Assembly: GCA_977017645.1 (NCBI GenBank)
Contig: OZ360221.1
Span: 64,294,001-64,358,000, forward strand
Direction of reading: 5' to 3'
DNA length: 64,000 nt
From: Torpedo marmorata
Lineage: Eukaryota
Shown: piece by piece, positions 60,912-64,000 of the stretch
Layout of the letters: every line of letters begins with the position of its first letter
Position numbering within the stretch: position 1 is the first letter of the stretch
Position numbers and translations under genes: made by a program
The notes under the pieces: generated by a model
Databases searched by the model: none
The model's input: only the letters and a program-made list of their open reading frames with translations
What the model was told of the DNA's origin: nothing

Positions 60912-61002
60912 ATCTCAAGGTTCCTTTTATTGTCATGTAATAAGACATTCAAAATGTAACATACATTGTATACTTTAACCTTTGCCTGCCATAAGGCAAA
61001 GA
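60912..61002 (-). mobile_element. 3' tail fragment of the non-coding retroposon family of 2240-3058/7467-8320
   Basis: tttattgtcatgtaataagaca...tttgcctgccataaggcaaa matches the ends of both longer copies. Confidence 0.55.
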
Positions 61003-61138
61003 GTAACCTACAAAAGATACGTAAATATTTCACAGAAAAAATTTAATCTGAACTTCACTACAATTTGCTTTTTATTTGTATCGATGTTGACTGGTGAATG
61101 GATGGCCTAAGATATTTTTTTTGCCCTTGCAATTTCAG

Positions 61139-61218
61139 CATGTTATGGCATTGTGCAAGTACCCACTGGACCATGGTTTTGTCGAAAATGTGAATCACAA
61201 GAGAGAGCTGCCCGAGTG
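61139..61218 (+). CDS. MLLT10: MLLT10 second coding exon (PHD finger)
   Basis: tttcag| acceptor; encodes (A)CYGIVQVPTGPWFCRKCESQERAARV; donor GTG|gtgagt; 80 nt, phase-compatible with the previous exon (145+80 = 75 codons). Confidence 0.96.
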
Positions 61219-62476
61219 GTGAGTCCAGCATTTTCTAGTATGTTTCTTACAATGCTTTAAGTATGTCTCCAAAATATATTTAAATGTTTTGCCACAAATT
61301 TCCTTAATTCAGATTTCTAGTATATACAGTTTTTCTTTTTAATGTTCATGATGGTATCTCAGATTTTGAAAATTGGGCTGAATAGAAATTGTAATGCTTT
61401 AATGCTATTGTCAGCAGTTGTTTATGTTTTTGTTTTAAAATGGATTGTGTTCTAATTTCAAATAGCCTGATAATAGCAACAGAATAGCTCTGCAGTCAAA
61501 CGAGTTCCTCATTTTGTAAAACACTACGGACAAAATGATCCACTGGCTTAACAAAGCTGTTGAGATGGCTGGATGTGATCCCTCCCTTCCCCCTTTTTTA
61601 TTATTGCTCACGTGCCTGTTTTGCAGAGAATGTAGATAAAATTCCCCAGTTGTCTGGTGTCGATTGGTCGAGCAATTACATTGCGAGCTCAGTGCCGTCA
61701 TCGTGCTGTGCTTTCAGTACATGATAAGCGGCCTCCCAAGGTGACGAAAATAAAATATGCGGAAGACTATGAGAAATACTGCTATTTGCAGTATTCAGGA
61801 CAGTGCCTGAGCGACAATCACTAAGTTAGGCAGCAAGAGGGAGTTTTTTTATTCCAAAACCAAAGGATCGAGCTCTCAGTACGTTTTCTGATGTGTATGT
61901 TCACTTGTGGTGGTTCTATTTTAGTATTTAAAGAGAAAAACAGTAGATCCAATTTTTAGTCGTTGCCTTCTGTTTTACTTTTTCGTATTTCAACTGGTTG
62001 AGTTTTGATTGTTCTGAGATTGTAAGGATCAGAGTGCTTATTTGCGTCTTCATACAAACGATCCCATTCGGGTGCTGTGTTCTGTAAACGTGGGGGATGG
62101 GAATTGCATATGATTCAGTCACTGTTTTTCAGCAGTTTTTCTGGGATGAAAAAAATGAACATTTTATTTCAGTTGTACTATTTCTGGTTTGACGTTTCTT
62201 GTGTGCTTTGCACAATGTTTGTGTTTGGACTGAAATGCTAAATCAAGTGACGTTTATAGCGTAGCGAACCATGCTAATGTACAACAGTTTGCATACTGAA
62301 TAGGGTGTTATTGAAGTGTATGAGATTGGGCAATTGAATTGAAGCCAATATCAATAAATGACAGGTGATTTAATTTGTGTTGATTAATTTCACTGACAGT
62401 AAAGCTTGGCAATAAATGCCATTAGTTTGTATGTGGTATGGAGTACTGTACTTAACTATTTTTATTTTTTTCCAAG

Positions 62477-62531
62477 AAATGTGAACTTTGCCCTCACAAG
62501 GATGGTGCTCTCAAGAGGACTGATAACTGTG
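62477..62531 (+). CDS. MLLT10: MLLT10 third coding exon (zinc knuckle of PZP); gene continues beyond the window
   Basis: ttttttccaag| acceptor; encodes KCELCPHKDGALKRTDNC(G); donor G|gtaagt; 55 nt, phase 0 start. Confidence 0.95.
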
Positions 62532-63499
62532 GTAAGTATGTTTATATGATAATTAAATCATCCTGTCTTTATGGCAATTTTGTGTTTTTGATTAAAAATT
62601 GTGCAGAGTGTGATTATATTATGAAAATAGGCAATGTTTGCCTGTTAATTGCAGACACTTATGTGAAATATTTTTAAGTCACTTTATTTTAATGGACAGC
62701 ATAATTTAATGGATAAGTATAATTTGTTTGAATGTTAATAATCACATTCAAATTTGAATTTCACTATTTGTTGGTGAGAGCTATGGAAAATTGTTTTGAA
62801 GTTGCAATTGTACGGATACATGCAAATATGGCTTGGTTATTAGGAATATTTGCTGCTTTTGAAGTTGCTGTCCTACTGTTAATATCTAATAAAGTGACAA
62901 ATGTGATTATACTTGGATATGAATGGTATACAGCTTTACACATTATTTTCATATTTTAAGACAGTGATTTTTAAGTGTACTTTCTAAAATGAACTCCATC
63001 TAGTGGTTGTTTGCATGTGAAATGGTTTCTGTGATATTATTTGCATATGGCACTCCATGTGGTTTGTCAGATTACTGTATATGTTTGAAGGATAGCATTA
63101 AGTAGTGCTACTTGTTCAATTTGCTACATGTAAAATTGAATATTGAAATAACTAAAAATATTTTAAATGGGAATCAAATCTAAATTATACTCCAGTCCCT
63201 TTCCAGTTATCATTGGTTTCTGGTAATGAAGTTAAGTTTTTGTTTTGCATTCTTGAATTGTTGTAAGCTACTGAATTGCTGTTTTTTTATTAGGAGAGGT
63301 TTAATATAAATACATGACAGAAGAAAGCAGTGGCCTATAAACCAGGTACATTTTAAACAAGGACATTAAAGAGCTTTTAAAACAATTCAGATGTCACTAT
63401 GTATAGTTACATGATGTAGACTATACTATGACAAGTGTGAGGTGTGAAGTGTAAGTCAAACCAGGGCAGAACTTGTATGGTGAATAGTAAGGCATTAGA

Positions 63500-63825
63500 G
63501 AGTTTTGAAGAACAGAGACCAAGCAGTACTAGTGCATAATTCATTGAAAGTGCAACTTGGGTGGACTAGTTGGTGAAGAAGGAAGAAGGCATTTTTCACT
63601 CTTGCCCCCTCCCCCATGAAGGCCAGAGTGAAAAATGATTCAGCTGTGCAAAGCATTGATGAGACAGCACTTAAATTACTGTGTGCAGCTCTGGTCACCC
63701 AGCTATTGGAAGGACATCAATACATTGGAAGGGGTGCAGAGAAGTCACCAGGATATTGCCAGGACAGTTTGACCAGCATGTACTAGTTGGGTCGAAGGGC
63801 CTGTTCATTGCTGTGTGACTCTGAG
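63500..63825 (+). mobile_element. Decayed CR1 3' fragment
   Basis: attgaaagtg, tgtgtgcagctctggtcacc, ttggaaggggtgcagagaag, tail gggtcgaagggcctgtt. Confidence 0.7.
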
Positions 63826-64000
63826 GAATCTACTTGGAAGACAGAATAATGTTACACAGTGAACTGTTGAAGCAGGTGTCCTCTTATTAAAACAAAGGGA
63901 GCCAAGATTTTGTTTTGGAATCATTATTCAGTAAATTTTACAGTTGTAGGTTTCATGTGTGCAAATGTAACTGAAGGCTGGATCTCTTTCTCTCTCTTCA

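Noticed and set aside
61720-61812. Possible intronic C/D snoRNA (ATGATAA...CTGA)
   Set aside because: C box is non-canonical and no terminal stem is evident; the cassette-exon reading fits better.

Overview
Eukaryotic, vertebrate genomic DNA. The repeat content (V-SINEs with CR1-type tails, Rex1/Babar, CR1, L1-like, Penelope, Deu-SINE tail) points to a cartilaginous fish; this is inferred, not proven. Left ~30 kb: a dense, nested graveyard of transposable elements with no host gene. Many junctions are resolvable by TSDs and TIRs: three hAT-type MITEs, two solo LTRs, a deleted pogo/Tc2 element, three L1-like insertions and several Rex1/Babar and CR1 fragments. Middle ~30.5-56.5 kb: almost transposon-free, AT-rich but CpG-retaining, containing SKIDA1 (single coding exon, minus strand) and the promoter and first coding exon of MLLT10/AF10 (plus strand). 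Two further MLLT10 coding exons lie at 61139-61218 and 62477-62531. Best leads: a candidate poison (NMD) exon in MLLT10 (61627-61740); an ~0.83 kb non-coding retroposon whose sequence also occurs inside a hAT MITE and as a filler at an L1 deletion; and degenerate Penelope hammerhead cores. I found no convincing novel protein-coding system; most ORFs in the track are TE fragments or noise. All alignments were done by eye.
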